A DNA stretch of 63,541 bases, filler included, from Octopus bimaculoides (lineage: Eukaryota), in NCBI RefSeq assembly GCF_001194135.2. It is 6 parts of 6 records of this genome, joined end to end, with 100 filler letters (N's around TTAATTAATTAA, not from the genome) between each part and the next. Parts side by side here need not be neighbours in the genome. Positions count along the whole stretch, not along the records: positions 1 to 16,044 come from NC_069003.1; 5 more parts are not named here. One strand, given 5' to 3'. Shown here piece after piece: positions 1 through 10,713 of the stretch. The notes under the pieces are model-generated. The model ran no database searches. It was not told the DNA's origin and was given only the letters and a program-made list of their open reading frames with translations. Made by a program: the position numbers and the translations under genes. The stretch's first letter is position 1; every line of letters starts with the position of its first letter.

Positions 1-184
1 AGTAGTAGTAGTGGTGGTGGTGGTGATAGTAGTGGTGGTGGTGGTGGTGGTGGTGGTGGTTGTAGTTGTTATTATTATGGGAATAAGCCACTCTTTCAAG
101 AAAAGCTGTTTTTATTTCGTACGTAATTAGAACTGATTATGTTTTCACATGCAGAACCTGTATTTTATATAATTATCATTCTTA

Positions 185-385
185 TTATTGGCTCAATCGT
201 TAAAGCGTCTTTAGTGACTTTTTTTGCGGTCACTTACGTATAGAGTTCAAATCCCACCGAGGTGAGCTTTTTGCTTCATCTTCTTGGTGTCGACAAAATA
301 AGTACCAGTTGAGCACTCTGGATCGATGTAATCGACTAACACCCTCCCCTTTAAGTTTCTGGACTTGTACCAAAATTTAAAACGG
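185..385 (+). mobile_element. SINE family B, old diverged copy
   Basis: B-box-like GAGTTCAAATCCC, core ...GTCGACAAAATAAGTACCAGTT...GATCGATGTAATCGACT, tail like the copies at 61854-62310. Confidence 0.75.
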
Positions 386-388
386 TAT

Positions 389-810
389 AGGCGCAGGCGT
401 GGCTGTGTGGTAAGAATATTGCTTCCCAACCACATAGCTCCGAGTTCAGTCCCACAGAGTGATACCTTTGGCAATTTTGGCAAGTATATTCTACCAAAGT
501 CTAGAACCGGCTAAGCGGTTGAGAGTCGACTTGGTAGACAGAAACTGAAAGAAGCCTATCTTGTGTATGCATATTTATGTATGTATGTGTGTGTGTTTTT
601 TGTGTTTGTGTTTGTACCACGCCATTGCTTGACAACCAGTGTTGGTGTATTTATGTCCCCGAACTTAGCGGATGGGAGCCGACAGAATAAGTACCAGGCT
701 TTAATTATAAGTTTTATGGTCGATTCCTTGCACAAAACCTTCTTCGAGACGGTGCTCCAGGATGGCCGCAGTCTAATTTCTGAAGCAAATAAAAGGATAA
801 AAGAATAAAA
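389..810 (+). mobile_element. SINE family A (tRNA head, CORE-like segment, internal microsatellite), diverged full-length copy
   Basis: GGCGCAGGCGTGGCTGTGTGGTAAG head, GAGTTCAGTCCC B box, GAAACTGAAAGAAGCC, internal (TG)n, tail GGTGCTCCAGGATGGCCGCAGTC; colinear with 9365-9775. Confidence 0.85.
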
Positions 811-885
811 TCCTTTTCAATTCGGCGTTGTGGCCGAATCGTTGAAGTGCCAGACGAAATTTTGGGCGCCATTTTTTCCGGGTTT

Positions 886-981
886 TCACCTCGGCGGAAT
901 TTGAGCTCAGAACATAAAGACACACGAAATACCGCTAAGCATCTTGCTTGGCGTGCTAACGTTTCTGCCAGCTCGCTGCCT
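886..981 (-). mobile_element. SINE family B, 5' head fragment
   Basis: Reverse complement reads AAGGCAGCGAGCTGGCAGAAACGTTAGCACGCC...TTCTGAGCTCAAATTCCGCCGAGG. Confidence 0.85.

Positions 982-1069
<88 letters not shown>
982..1069. repeat. Compound microsatellite (AGT)n then (AAT)n
   Basis: Read directly. Confidence 0.97.
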
Positions 1070-1071
<2 letters not shown>

Positions 1072-1077
1072 TTGATA

Positions 1078-1395
1078 CTTGTTTTATTGGCCACAAGGGC
1101 TAATATAAATTAAAAACATGTAAGGACAAAGACAGGACCAAGGTTACAAAGGGTTTTGTCCGAAAAGTAGAAAACATTCGTGTAAACAGTTAGGAATAAC
1201 AGAGAAAGATATAACAAATAAAAGTCCCAATAGGGGGAGGCGCTTCGAAAGGTTACACGTGGAAAAAACACATAAAAGCCACGGGAGCCTGGTCAGAAAA
1301 AATAAGAAAGGGGTATAGAGCCGTTTCTTCTTTTACATTACCTTTTTCTACAGGTGTATTCTCAGAATTAACATCTAGTAAACTTTTTGAAAAAC
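1078..1395 (-). mobile_element. 3' end of an L1/Tx1-like LINE (last codons, 3' UTR, abutting (ATT)n tail)
   Basis: Highly similar to 35299-35615. Minus strand reads ...LILRIHL-stop, then a T-rich UTR ending TTAGCCCTTGTGGCCAATAAAAC. Confidence 0.6.
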
Positions 1396-1424
1396 AATAC
1401 AAATATCATAATAATAATAATATC

Positions 1425-1630
1425 AATCCTTTCGTTAAATTTTGGGGTGGGGGAGGGTTATTCGGCTGCGTCGACCCCCCAGCGATCAGATAGTATTTAT
1501 ATCACCGACCTCGAAAGGACGGAAGGTGAAGTCGAACTCGGAGAGATTTGACTAACGAAATGTTGCTAAGACCAACGAATGCAAAGCATTTTGTTCGATG
1601 CACTAACGCTTTTACCAATTCACCGCCTTA
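1425..1630 (-). mobile_element. SINE family B, old copy
   Basis: CGACCTCGAAAGGACGGAAGGTGAAGTCGAACTCGG core and CACCGCCTTA head on the minus strand. Confidence 0.7.
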
Positions 1631-1963
1631 AATAAACGACTATTATAAACAATGAAGTATTATTATAAGATAACTCTTAATTAATTAATGCCATAAACGG
1701 TCAATTAGTCACTGTGGTATGCCTGTCACTAATGTCTGTTGCTTCCTGTGTTTGAATCTGGTTAACTGTAAAGTTCTCTCATCTAGGATAACAAGTATCA
1801 GTTTGTATACGCTGATATCTGTAATATATATCAGTTATATAATAATATTTGGTGTTTTTGCTAATAGGAATAAGTGTATTTATCAAAGTGTGATAAGATT
1901 TGAACAAGTTCGTTGTCAAGAGTACAGACGTCAGAGGCTGTAAATTAATAAGGTAAAAGTTTT

Positions 1964-2024
<61 letters not shown>

Positions 2025-2510
2025 NNNNNNNNNNNNNNNNNNNNNNNNNNNNNNNNNNNNNNNNNNNNNNNNNNNNNNNNNNNNNNNNNNNNNNNNNNNN
2101 NNNNNNNNNNNNNNNNNNNNNNNNNNNNNNNNNNNNNNNNNNNNNNNNNNNNNNNNNNNNNNNNNNNNNNNNNNNNNNNNNNNNNNNNNNNNNNNNNNNN
2201 NNNNNNNNNNNNNNNNNNNNNNNNNNNNNNNNNNNNNNNNNNNNNNNNNNNNNNNNNNNNNNNNNNNNNNNNNNNNNNNNNNNNNNNNNNNNNNNNNNNN
2301 NNNNNNNNNNNNNNNNNNNNNNNNNNNNNNNNNNNNNNNNNNNNNNNNNNNNNNNNNNNNNNNNNNNNNNNNNNNNNNNNNNNNNNNNNNNNNNNNNNNN
2401 NNNNNNNNNNNNNNNNNNNNNNNNNNNNNNNNNNNNNNNNNNNNNNNNNNNNNNNNNNNNNNNNNNNNNNNNNNNNNNNNNNNNNNNNNNNNNNNNNNNN
2501 NNNNNNNNNN

Positions 2511-2555
<45 letters not shown>

Positions 2556-2694
2556 GGGGTTGCAGTGTGGAGAGTTTGGTGACGTGATGTTAGGAGTGAT
2601 CTGGCCGCACAGAATGTCTGACAGCCATGATAGGGTTCTCCTGCTTGGGGGCACGACGAGCCAATGGTTGTTCTATGTGTTCATCATCTGATCA

Positions 2695-2899
2695 TATTGG
2701 AGCTTCCGGTGTGAATGCAAAGCAGAACAGCATGTCGTTTCCAAATTCCTGGCAGTGAATTGCGTCATGGTGCTTTTTTTCTCACAGACGGTGCCCTACT
2801 GACCCTCCTATACTATGTAGTCGACATGATCGAAAACAAACAATGCGCATGCGCGAAATTAACAATATAAAATGGCGACAGTTTACCCATCGCATCCTG
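2695..2899 (-). mobile_element. 5' end fragment of a maT-like (Tc1/mariner superfamily) transposon
   Basis: Minus strand starts TA|CAGGATGCGATGGGTAAAC, resembling the TIR at 40669-40690. It then gives a frameshifted N-terminus (MTQFT..., WKRHAVLLCIHTGSSN) resembling maT transposase starts. Confidence 0.55.
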
Positions 2900-3001
2900 T
2901 ATATTGAAAGGTGAGAATGGGTGCTCGACATTGCGTTAGTAAATAGATATTCCTTATTTGTGACTTAACAAGGCTACCAATGGTTTCAAGTGAAGAGATT
3001 C

Positions 3002-3094
3002 TTTACAATTGTTCAAGCGTACCACAAGGAACATTGGTACGTCTCTCCATTCGAGTATAAACGTTCCCATATGGTATACTTGAACAATTGTAAA
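3002..3094. mobile_element. Tiny TA-flanked hairpin / MITE-like element
   Basis: TTTACAATTGTTCAAGCGTACCA (3002-3024) is the reverse complement of TGGTATACTTGAACAATTGTAAA (3072-3094) with 2 mismatches. Confidence 0.6.
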
Positions 3095-3109
3095 ATGCCG
3101 CCGTAGTTG

Positions 3110-3232
3110 TCTTTGCCTTTCGTTCTTTCAGAATCGATAGAATAAAGTACCACTTGAGTACTGGAATTAATGTGATCGAGTAGTACTCACCCCCAAAACG
3201 TCGGACGTTGTGCTAAAATTCAGTTCTTTATT
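3110..3232 (+). mobile_element. SINE family B core/tail fragment
   Basis: CTTTGCCTTTCGTTCTTTCAGAATCGATAGAATAAAGTACC...GTGATCGAG. Confidence 0.65.
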
Positions 3233-3632
3233 GCCTGACACAATGTATCTAAGATTACATTGCCATCTAAGTGTGTTCTTTTGTTTTGTTTTTTGGCGGT
3301 TTTGTTTTTTTTTTCTGTTAAAAACATAATATCTTTCATGGATATTTAGCTGCTATTTCTAGCAGTCAAATATCGAATGACCGCGTAAATGCTCGTTTCA
3401 CAGAATAGTCGTATGCCCATGCAGTCAACATTTAAAACGAGAAGGTGATGGCGGCGCTGGTGGTGGTGGTGGTGGTGGTGGTGGTGGGTTGCTTTTGAGC
3501 TTTGAAAATGGCCGACGTTCAAAACTAGGAGAGCAACATGATCTTTCCGTTTAAATAGTAACAAAAATAAAGATAAATATTTGGATGAAATACAAACAAA
3601 AACACCACACACACAACACACGATAAAGTGTC

Positions 3633-3688
3633 AATGAAGTTTATTAATGAAGTTTATTAATGAAGTTTATTAATGAAGTTTATTAATG
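3633..3688. repeat. 13-bp minisatellite (AATGAAGTTTATT) x4
   Basis: Four perfect tandem units read directly. Confidence 0.95.
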
Positions 3689-3799
3689 GTGTCAGTAGAG
3701 CAGGGGAATATATTACAAACAACGTTCACTACCAGTTCTACCATAATGATGACGTTGATAGATCGCTAAACGCTGTCACCGATGAGAAAGTAAAAAGGA

Positions 3800-4065
3800 A
3801 AAGCGGAGACATAGATAGATTAGGAGAGAGGGGGGAGAGGAGGAAGAGATAGAGAGACAGGCAAATAGATATAGTGTGATAGATAGAAAGATACATAGAG
3901 AGAAGTATGGAGATAGATAGATAGATAGCTAGATAGTGAGATATCACAGGGCTAAATACAGAAAATGGACAAATTACAAAGTAGAGCTTTTCTTGGTGGG
4001 GGGGGGGATAATTTCGATCAAAAGGGATATATAGATAGATAGAGAGAGAGAGAGACAGATAGATG

Positions 4066-4136
<71 letters not shown>

Positions 4137-4310
4137 TGTGAGATAGATAGGCAGACAGACAGACAGACAGTTAGAGAGAGAGAGAGAGATCAATGGATGG
4201 AAAGGAAGGAAGGAAGGAAGAAAGAAAGAAAGGGAGGGAGGGAGGAAGAACGAAAGAAAGCGAGGAAGGAAAAAAGAAAGAAAAGAAGGAAGAAAGAAAG
4301 AAAGGGAGAT
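3800..4310. repeat. Purine-rich compound microsatellite (GATA)n/(GA)n/(GACA)n/(GGAA)n
   Basis: Read directly. Confidence 0.95.
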
Positions 4311-4379
4311 TGATTGATTTTGACATCTAACCTCCTTAAGCCACTAAAAAAATTTTCTGCTATAAGCTTAAGACTGAAG

Positions 4380-4750
4380 CTGGAGAAGAGTTGAGTCGAT
4401 TACTTCCTTACCAGTATTCAACTGGTACTTATTTTATCGATCTCGATAGGACGAAAGGCAAGGTTGACCTCGGTGGAATTTGAACTCAAAACTTAAAGAA
4501 ATGCTACTAAACGTCTTGTTCGACGCGCTAATCAGTCTGTTGATCGCTGGCTGATAATCCTTTCTATTAAAGGCACAAGGCCTGAAATTTGTGAGCAAGG
4601 AACTAGTCGATCACATCGACCCCAATATGCAACTGGTACTAATTTTATCGACCCCAAAAGGTTGAAAGGCAAAGTCGACCTCGATAGAATTTATACTCAA
4701 AATAGTAAGACGGACGAAATGCCGCTAAGTATTTTTCTGACCCACTAACC
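4380..4750 (-). mobile_element. SINE family B head-to-tail dimer (old)
   Basis: Two successive cores (AACTGGTACT...TTTATCGA...AAAGGCAA.GT.GACCTCG) joined by the B1 tail GGCACAAGGCCTGAAATTT. Confidence 0.8.
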
Positions 4751-4847
4751 ATTCTGGTTCTTCAATGCTTTAGTGAGCGTCCTTGTTTCAGCCCCGCATA
4801 GAAGAGCAGACGCCACTGTTGCCAGAAGCAACCCCAACAACAAAGAC

Positions 4848-5186
4848 CGCAAGCTGGCAGAAACGTTAGCACGCCGGGCGAAATGCTTAGCGGTATTTTA
4901 TCTGTCTTTACGTTCTGGGTTCAAATTCCGCCGAGGTTGACTTTGCCTTTCATTCTTTCGGGGTCGATAAATTAAGTACCAGTTACGCACTGGAGTCGAT
5001 GTAATCGACTTAATCCCTTTGTCTGTCCTTGTTTGTCCCCTCTATGTTTAGCCCCTTGTGGGCAACAAAGAAATAAGAAACGTTAGCACGCCAGGCGAAA
5101 TGCTTAGCGGTATTTCGTCTATCTTTACGTTCTGAGTTCAAATTCCGCCGATGTCGACTTTGCCTTTCATCCTTTCGGGGTCGATT
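4848..5186 (+). mobile_element. SINE B2 (LINE-like tail) followed directly by a second B unit, truncated by a gap
   Basis: Head GCTGGCAGAAACGTTAGC, B box GGTTCAAATTCC, tail ...TTTAGCCCCTTGTGGGCAACAAAGAAATAAG (to 5077); the second unit starts AAACGTTAGC at 5078. Confidence 0.9.
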
Positions 5187-5789
5187 NNNNNNNNNNNNNN
5201 NNNNNNNNNNNNNNNNNNNNNNNNNNNNNNNNNNNNNNNNNNNNNNNNNNNNNNNNNNNNNNNNNNNNNNNNNNNNNNNNNNNNNNNNNNNNNNNNNNNN
5301 NNNNNNNNNNNNNNNNNNNNNNNNNNNNNNNNNNNNNNNNNNNNNNNNNNNNNNNNNNNNNNNNNNNNNNNNNNNNNNNNNNNNNNNNNNNNNNNNNNNN
5401 NNNNNNNNNNNNNNNNNNNNNNNNNNNNNNNNNNNNNNNNNNNNNNNNNNNNNNNNNNNNNNNNNNNNNNNNNNNNNNNNNNNNNNNNNNNNNNNNNNNN
5501 NNNNNNNNNNNNNNNNNNNNNNNNNNNNNNNNNNNNNNNNNNNNNNNNNNNNNNNNNNNNNNNNNNNNNNNNNNNNNNNNNNNNNNNNNNNNNNNNNNNN
5601 NNNNNNNNNNNNNNNNNNNNNNNNNNNNNNNNNNNNNNNNNNNNNNNNNNNNNNNNNNNNNNNNNNNNNNNNNNNNNNNNNNNNNNNNNNNNNNNNNNNN
5701 NNNNNNNNNNNNNNNNNNNAGACATACCGATGAAATTGCTAATAAGCTAGTGCTCTGGCAACCAACGGAAAGTCCCCAGTGTTTCACTG

Positions 5790-5930
5790 ATACTTACTTT
5801 ATCGTCCCCGAAAGAATGAAAGGTAAAGTCGACCTCGGCGAAATTTGAACTCAGAACGGAGCGACGGGCGAAATGCCATTAAGCATTTTTTTTTCTCCCG
5901 CGTGCTAACGTTTCTGCAAGCTCGCTGCCT
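5790..5930 (-). mobile_element. SINE family B copy with its head abutting an (AAT)n tract
   Basis: AAAGTCGACCTCGGCGAAATTTGAACTCAGAAC...GCTAACGTTTCTGCAAGCTCGCTGCC. Confidence 0.85.
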
Positions 5931-6242
5931 AATAATAATAATAATAATGATAATAATAATAATGACAAGGATAATGATAATAATAATAATAATAATAATC
6001 GAAAGAGTGGGGGGAAGTCAGAGAGAAAATGCTGGGAATGTCAGAATGAAAACTTTATTTATAAGGTGCAGTCAGAAGATAACATTATTTAGTCTGTGAC
6101 ATTTATAAGGTCGCGACATTTGAGATGACTTAAAACTTACAATAACGACAAAAAAGCTTGTGCACAGTATATATGAAAACAAGAAAGACGACATAAAAAC
6201 ATCCGTAGTAAAAACAATAACGGCAACATTAACAATAATAAG

Positions 6243-6296
<54 letters not shown>

Positions 6297-6569
6297 ATAT
6301 ATAGAACAATCTATAGAACGGCAGTCGACAGTGAGAGGCAAGGTTGGCTGTTGAAAAGATATTTGATCTAAAGTATGCTGTTTAATATCGCTAAGACACG
6401 TGTGATGGAAAACTGGTTTGCTGAAACTAAATACTTCCTGTCGAGATATCCGACTGTTAAAAGCATGTTATATATATNNNNNNNNNNNNNNNNNNNNNNN
6501 NNNNNNNNNNNNNNNNNNNNNNNNNNNNNNNNNNNNNNNNNNNNNNNNNNNNNNNNNNNNNNNNNNNNN

Positions 6570-6955
6570 GTATATATATGTGTGTGTGTGTGTGTATATA
6601 TATATGTGTGTGTGTGTGTATATATATGTGTGTGTGTGTGTATATATATATATGTGTGTGTGTGTATATATATATATATGTGTGTGTGTGTATATATATA
6701 TGTGTGTGTGTGTATATATATATGTGTGTGTGTGTATATATATGTGTGTGTGTGTGTATATATATATATGTGTGTGTGTGTATATATATATATACATGTG
6801 TGTGTGTGTGTATATATATATATATGTGTGTGTGTGTATATATATGTATGTATGTGTGTGTATATATATATATGTGTGTGTATATGTATATGTATTTATT
6901 TATATATGTATATATATATATACACAAACACACACCCACATATATATATATATAT
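6570..6955. repeat. Higher-order compound microsatellite [(TA)n(TG)m]k
   Basis: Alternating TA and TG blocks repeated more than 10 times. Confidence 0.95.
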
Positions 6956-7034
6956 GGGATGATTCAATTTTCGAGATGCTTTGTTTCGTATGGCAGCAGT
7001 ATTCCAGGTGTACCCGTATATATATATATATATA

Positions 7035-7170
7035 TCAAAATAAGCAACAGGATATCCAGGGGTGATGCAGTACGACCGTTTCAAGCGACTTCATTTAATC
7101 GAACAACGCAATCATTACATCAGTTTAAATGCTGGGCCATCCTCAGACGCAATAATAAATAAATAGAATT
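7035..7170 (+). mobile_element. Family F foldback element, single arm
   Basis: TCAAAATAAGCAACAGGATATCCA...GCAGTACGA; matches 15776-15910 and the reverse complement of 14041-14173. Confidence 0.75.
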
Positions 7171-7339
7171 TTTTTAATCAGTCGGACACATTAATATAAT
7201 TTTACTTAAATACTCTAATAGAGCAAGAAGATAGACAAAGTCCATGCTGCTACTACTGTAGCTTAGAATCTACTAGACTTCAGGAAAAGTATGAAAGTTT
7301 GTTGGGGTCATAGCTTACAACGGATTTTGTTTCAGTTTT

Positions 7340-7750
7340 AATTTATTAGTCTGGTTTATCAATTACCAAATCTAAGACTAGAGGACTGTGTCTATTTGGG
7401 AAAGGCGGGAGTGAGTTGACAGAATATAGTTGGGTTTGGTCATAAATATTGTCAAGATTTTTTTTGAAGTACTTTAAAGTAACTAACTATAAAGGAGGTT
7501 GGGTAGTGGAAGACCGTAAATCAAGATGTTAATTACCAGTTAAAGGGGCAAGACGCTAATAAAACCAATGATGTTAATACAGAGGAAATTTTATCATGGG
7601 GTGCTACAGGTGATTGGCTATAAACAATAGTGTTATGTTGTATAAAGATAAAATTTAGGATTATCAAAAAAATATTATAACCAAAGAGGTAAAATTTGCA
7701 TATATACCAAACTTTCAACAATAGAAACTGAAGATTACATAGAATAAGTT
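7340..7750 (+). pseudogene. Highly decayed L1/Tx1-like ORF2 fragment (post-RT region)
   Basis: Broken frames resemble SGLSIN..KSK and GGLG..DL......QLKW motifs of L1-type ORF2; many stops. Confidence 0.35.
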
Positions 7751-8140
7751 TAATATTCAATCATATACTTAATTATTTACTTATTAGGTGGTTTCTATAA
7801 AGACTGCTCCAGGTATTTACTAATGGAATACTGGGGCGATAACACATGCTATCTATAAATTAATTATAAGCTAAGAATCAGAAAAAAAAATGGAAAAATA
7901 AAAGCTGTGTAAAGGAAAACACACATATATTTATCTATGTATACACATGCAAATATACACAAATATTTATACATTATTATGGATATAATATAATGAACTC
8001 TCGTAGAATTAATTAACTAGAAAATATACATTTCTGTTTAAGAACAGTAACAACTTATAAAGGATAAGAGGTTAATAGGTAAAGATACCAAGATAAGAAA
8101 ACAAAATAATAAGAAAATTATAACGAGCCGTAAGAGAATA

Positions 8141-8500
8141 CTCCTTTTTACTCTTTTACTTGCTTCAGTCATTTGACTGCGGCCATGCTGGAGCACCGCC
8201 ATTAGTCGAGTTAATCGACCCCAGGACTTATTCTTTTGCCGAACCGCTAAGTTACGAGGACGTAAACACACCAGCATCGGTTGTCAAGCGATGTTGGGGG
8301 AGACAAACACAGACACACAAACATATATACATGTATACGACGGGCTTCTTTCAGTTTCCGTCTACCAAATCCACTCACAAGGCTTTGGTCGGCCCGAGGC
8401 TATAGTAGAAGACACTTCCCCAAGGTGCCACGCAGTGGGAATGAACCCGGAACCATGTAGTTGGTAAGCAAGCTACTTACCACACAGCCACTCCTACGCC
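8141..8500 (-). mobile_element. SINE family A, young near-full-length copy with a short internal deletion
   Basis: Reverse complement colinear with 9365-9775; lacks the CTTTGTAAGCCTAGTACTTATT..ATCGGTCT segment present at 24474-24505. Confidence 0.92.
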
Positions 8501-8967
8501 TATATATATGTATGTATGTATGTCCAATATATTATATTTGTACACGGAGGGATATGTCGAGTGTTTTATTTGCAAAAGAAAACTAATAAAAGAAACATTG
8601 TCTCGTTGTGAACGTGTTTAATCTCGTATTTCAGGCATTAGTTGACCAGGATATGCCGAGGAAGTGCGACAGTGGACTTGTAACAGCTGGTCTCTTAGAA
8701 GGATTGGAATTGCCAATAAGCAGTTTATTTTCCGCTGTTCTAAGCATGTCCTCTTGATCACTGGGTCCATTTTCAATGGTTTGTATATATGAGTAGTGCA
8801 ACAGCTGACTGTCTGAGTGCGTTGCCGAACCCTGCATTAGACGACATTCAGGCGTTCATTTTTCCATTTCTCTCTACGTCCTGAATGTAAACACTTCTCA
8901 CCATGGGACCCCGCCCCGACCCGAAACACTAACCACGACGACGACGGTGACCACCAACCGACGTTGT

Positions 8968-9150
8968 TGTGTTTATGTCCACTTAACCTAGCGGTTCGTT
9001 AAAAGAGACTAATAGAAAAAAAGTAGCAGAATAAGTTAAAAGAATAAAAGAAACTAAATACTGGGGTTGATTCGTTCGAACTAAAATTCTTCGATGCGGT
9101 ACTCCAGCATGACCGCAGTCTAATGATTTTAACACAACTAAAAGAAGGGT
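8968..9150 (+). mobile_element. SINE family A, 3' half (old)
   Basis: CTAGCGGTTCG...CTGGGGTTGATTCGTTCGA...ACTCCAGCATGACCGCAGTC. Confidence 0.75.
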
Positions 9151-9364
9151 ACAGAAACTTGAAATACTAAATCAATGAAAACCACACGTTTTTCGATGAA
9201 AGTACAGACAGGACAACATGTCCTCCCGCTACGTGTCGGACACTCTTATTGTCGCCCCAAAGGCAAGTTAAACAAAAGCAAAGATGATATCCCTGAAAAG
9301 CCTCGTCAACCAGCCTAATATTTCTAATATATATTATATAAATGTAAGTTTTTATATATATATA

Positions 9365-9773
9365 GGCGCAGGAGTGGCTGTGTGGTAAGTAGCTTGCGTA
9401 CGAACCGCATGGTTCCGGGTTCAATCCCATTGCGTGGCACCTTGGGCAAGTGTCTTCTACTATAGCCTCGGGCCGACCAAAGCTTTGTGAGTGGATTTGG
9501 TAGACGGAAACTGAAAGAAGCCCGTCGTATATATGTATATGTATATACATGTATGTGTGTGTTTATGTTTGTGTGTCTGTGTTTGTCCCCCCAACATCGC
9601 TTGACAACCGATGGTGGTGTGTTTACGTCCCCGCAACTTAGCGGTTCGGCAAAAGTGACCGATAGAATAAGTACTAGGCTTACAAAGAATAAGTCCTGGG
9701 GTCGAATTGCTCGATTAAAGGCGGTGCTCCAGCATGGCTGCAGTCAAATGACTGATACAAGTAAATAAATGAG

Positions 9774-9775
<2 letters not shown>
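9365..9775 (+). mobile_element. SINE family A, full-length young copy (used as reference here)
   Basis: A box TGGCTGTGTGG, B box GGTTCAATCCC, CCTTGGGCAAGTGTCTT (CORE-like), internal TA/TG repeat, tail GCTCCAGCATGGCTGCAGTCAAATGACTGATACAAGTAAA. Confidence 0.93.
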
Positions 9776-9840
<65 letters not shown>

Positions 9841-9887
9841 GTATGTATATATATATATGTATGTATATATATGTATATATATATATG

Positions 9888-9933
<46 letters not shown>

Positions 9934-9983
9934 TATGTATGTATATATATATATATATGTATATATATATGTATGTATGTATG

Positions 9984-10015
<32 letters not shown>
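9776..10015. repeat. (TA)n/(TATG)n compound microsatellite between inverted SINE A copies
   Basis: Read directly. Confidence 0.95.
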
Positions 10016-10017
<2 letters not shown>

Positions 10018-10023
10018 GATATA

Positions 10024-10187
10024 TACGACGGGCTTCTTTCAGTTTCCGTCTACCAAATCCACTCACAAGGCTTTGGTCGGCTCGATGCTATAGTAGAAGA
10101 CACTTGCCCAAGGTGCCATGCAGTGGGACTGAACCCCGAACCATGTGGTTGGTAAGCAAGCTACTTACCACACAGCCGCTCCTGCAC
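10024..10187 (-). mobile_element. SINE family A, 5' half only
   Basis: TACGACGGGCTTCTTTCAGTTTCCGTC...CTTACCACACAGCCGCTCCTGCAC. Confidence 0.9.
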
Positions 10188-10713
10188 TTACTCCTGTGTT
10201 TACTTTTGACATAATGACCCATCCAATTTATTCCAAAAAAGATATGATTAATGAATGTTCTTTTATCCTATGAACATGAAGCGCTTTTTTCGCGAAACCA
10301 ATCCCGCGACCACCACCACTGCCGCTATTAATATTCACATCATCAAAATTATGAGACAGGTGGGAGGAGGGCAGAACAGAACGAAAAATGTTGGTACTTT
10401 GTATCTATCTTTTAGTTCTAAGACCTCACAGCAGCGTTTATATGGGATTTCTCATTAATTTCCCTAGCTCCGGTTTCTCTACATTTATTTATGGTGCATT
10501 TTATTGGTTTGCTTTCTGCCATGGTATCTGTGCCAGCAATATTTGTAGAAATATTCACATTGCTCCAGTCGTGCTATTACGAAAATGCTTTCGTTTACCT
10601 GTGTTTACCTGCAAATTTTATTTTTACGAATATTCGTTTCGCCGAAAGAGAAAAGAGTCGATTTCTAAGCAAGGAACAAGGCTCTTTCACTAGAGTTTCG
10701 AACGACATCAACA

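Noticed and set aside
4380-5186. Repeated ~230-bp units that might suggest a CRISPR-like or regulatory array
   Set aside because: They are SINE multimers; there is no short repeat-spacer periodicity and no cas-like ORF.
8631-8837. 68-aa minus-strand ORF with ordinary composition
   Set aside because: No recognisable domain, an in-frame stop just upstream and no convincing splice acceptor.
9365-9430. tRNA gene calls at SINE heads (also 4848, 14689, 32362, 47099)
   Set aside because: A and B boxes are present, but there is no complete cloverleaf, and the heads continue into repeated SINE bodies.
10388-10640. GPCR-like TM6/TM7 look-alikes (ILLVCFLPWYL; LLQSCYYENAFVYL)
   Set aside because: They lie in different frames separated by stops, and T-rich DNA yields such hydrophobic strings by chance; no NPxxY or DRY motif.
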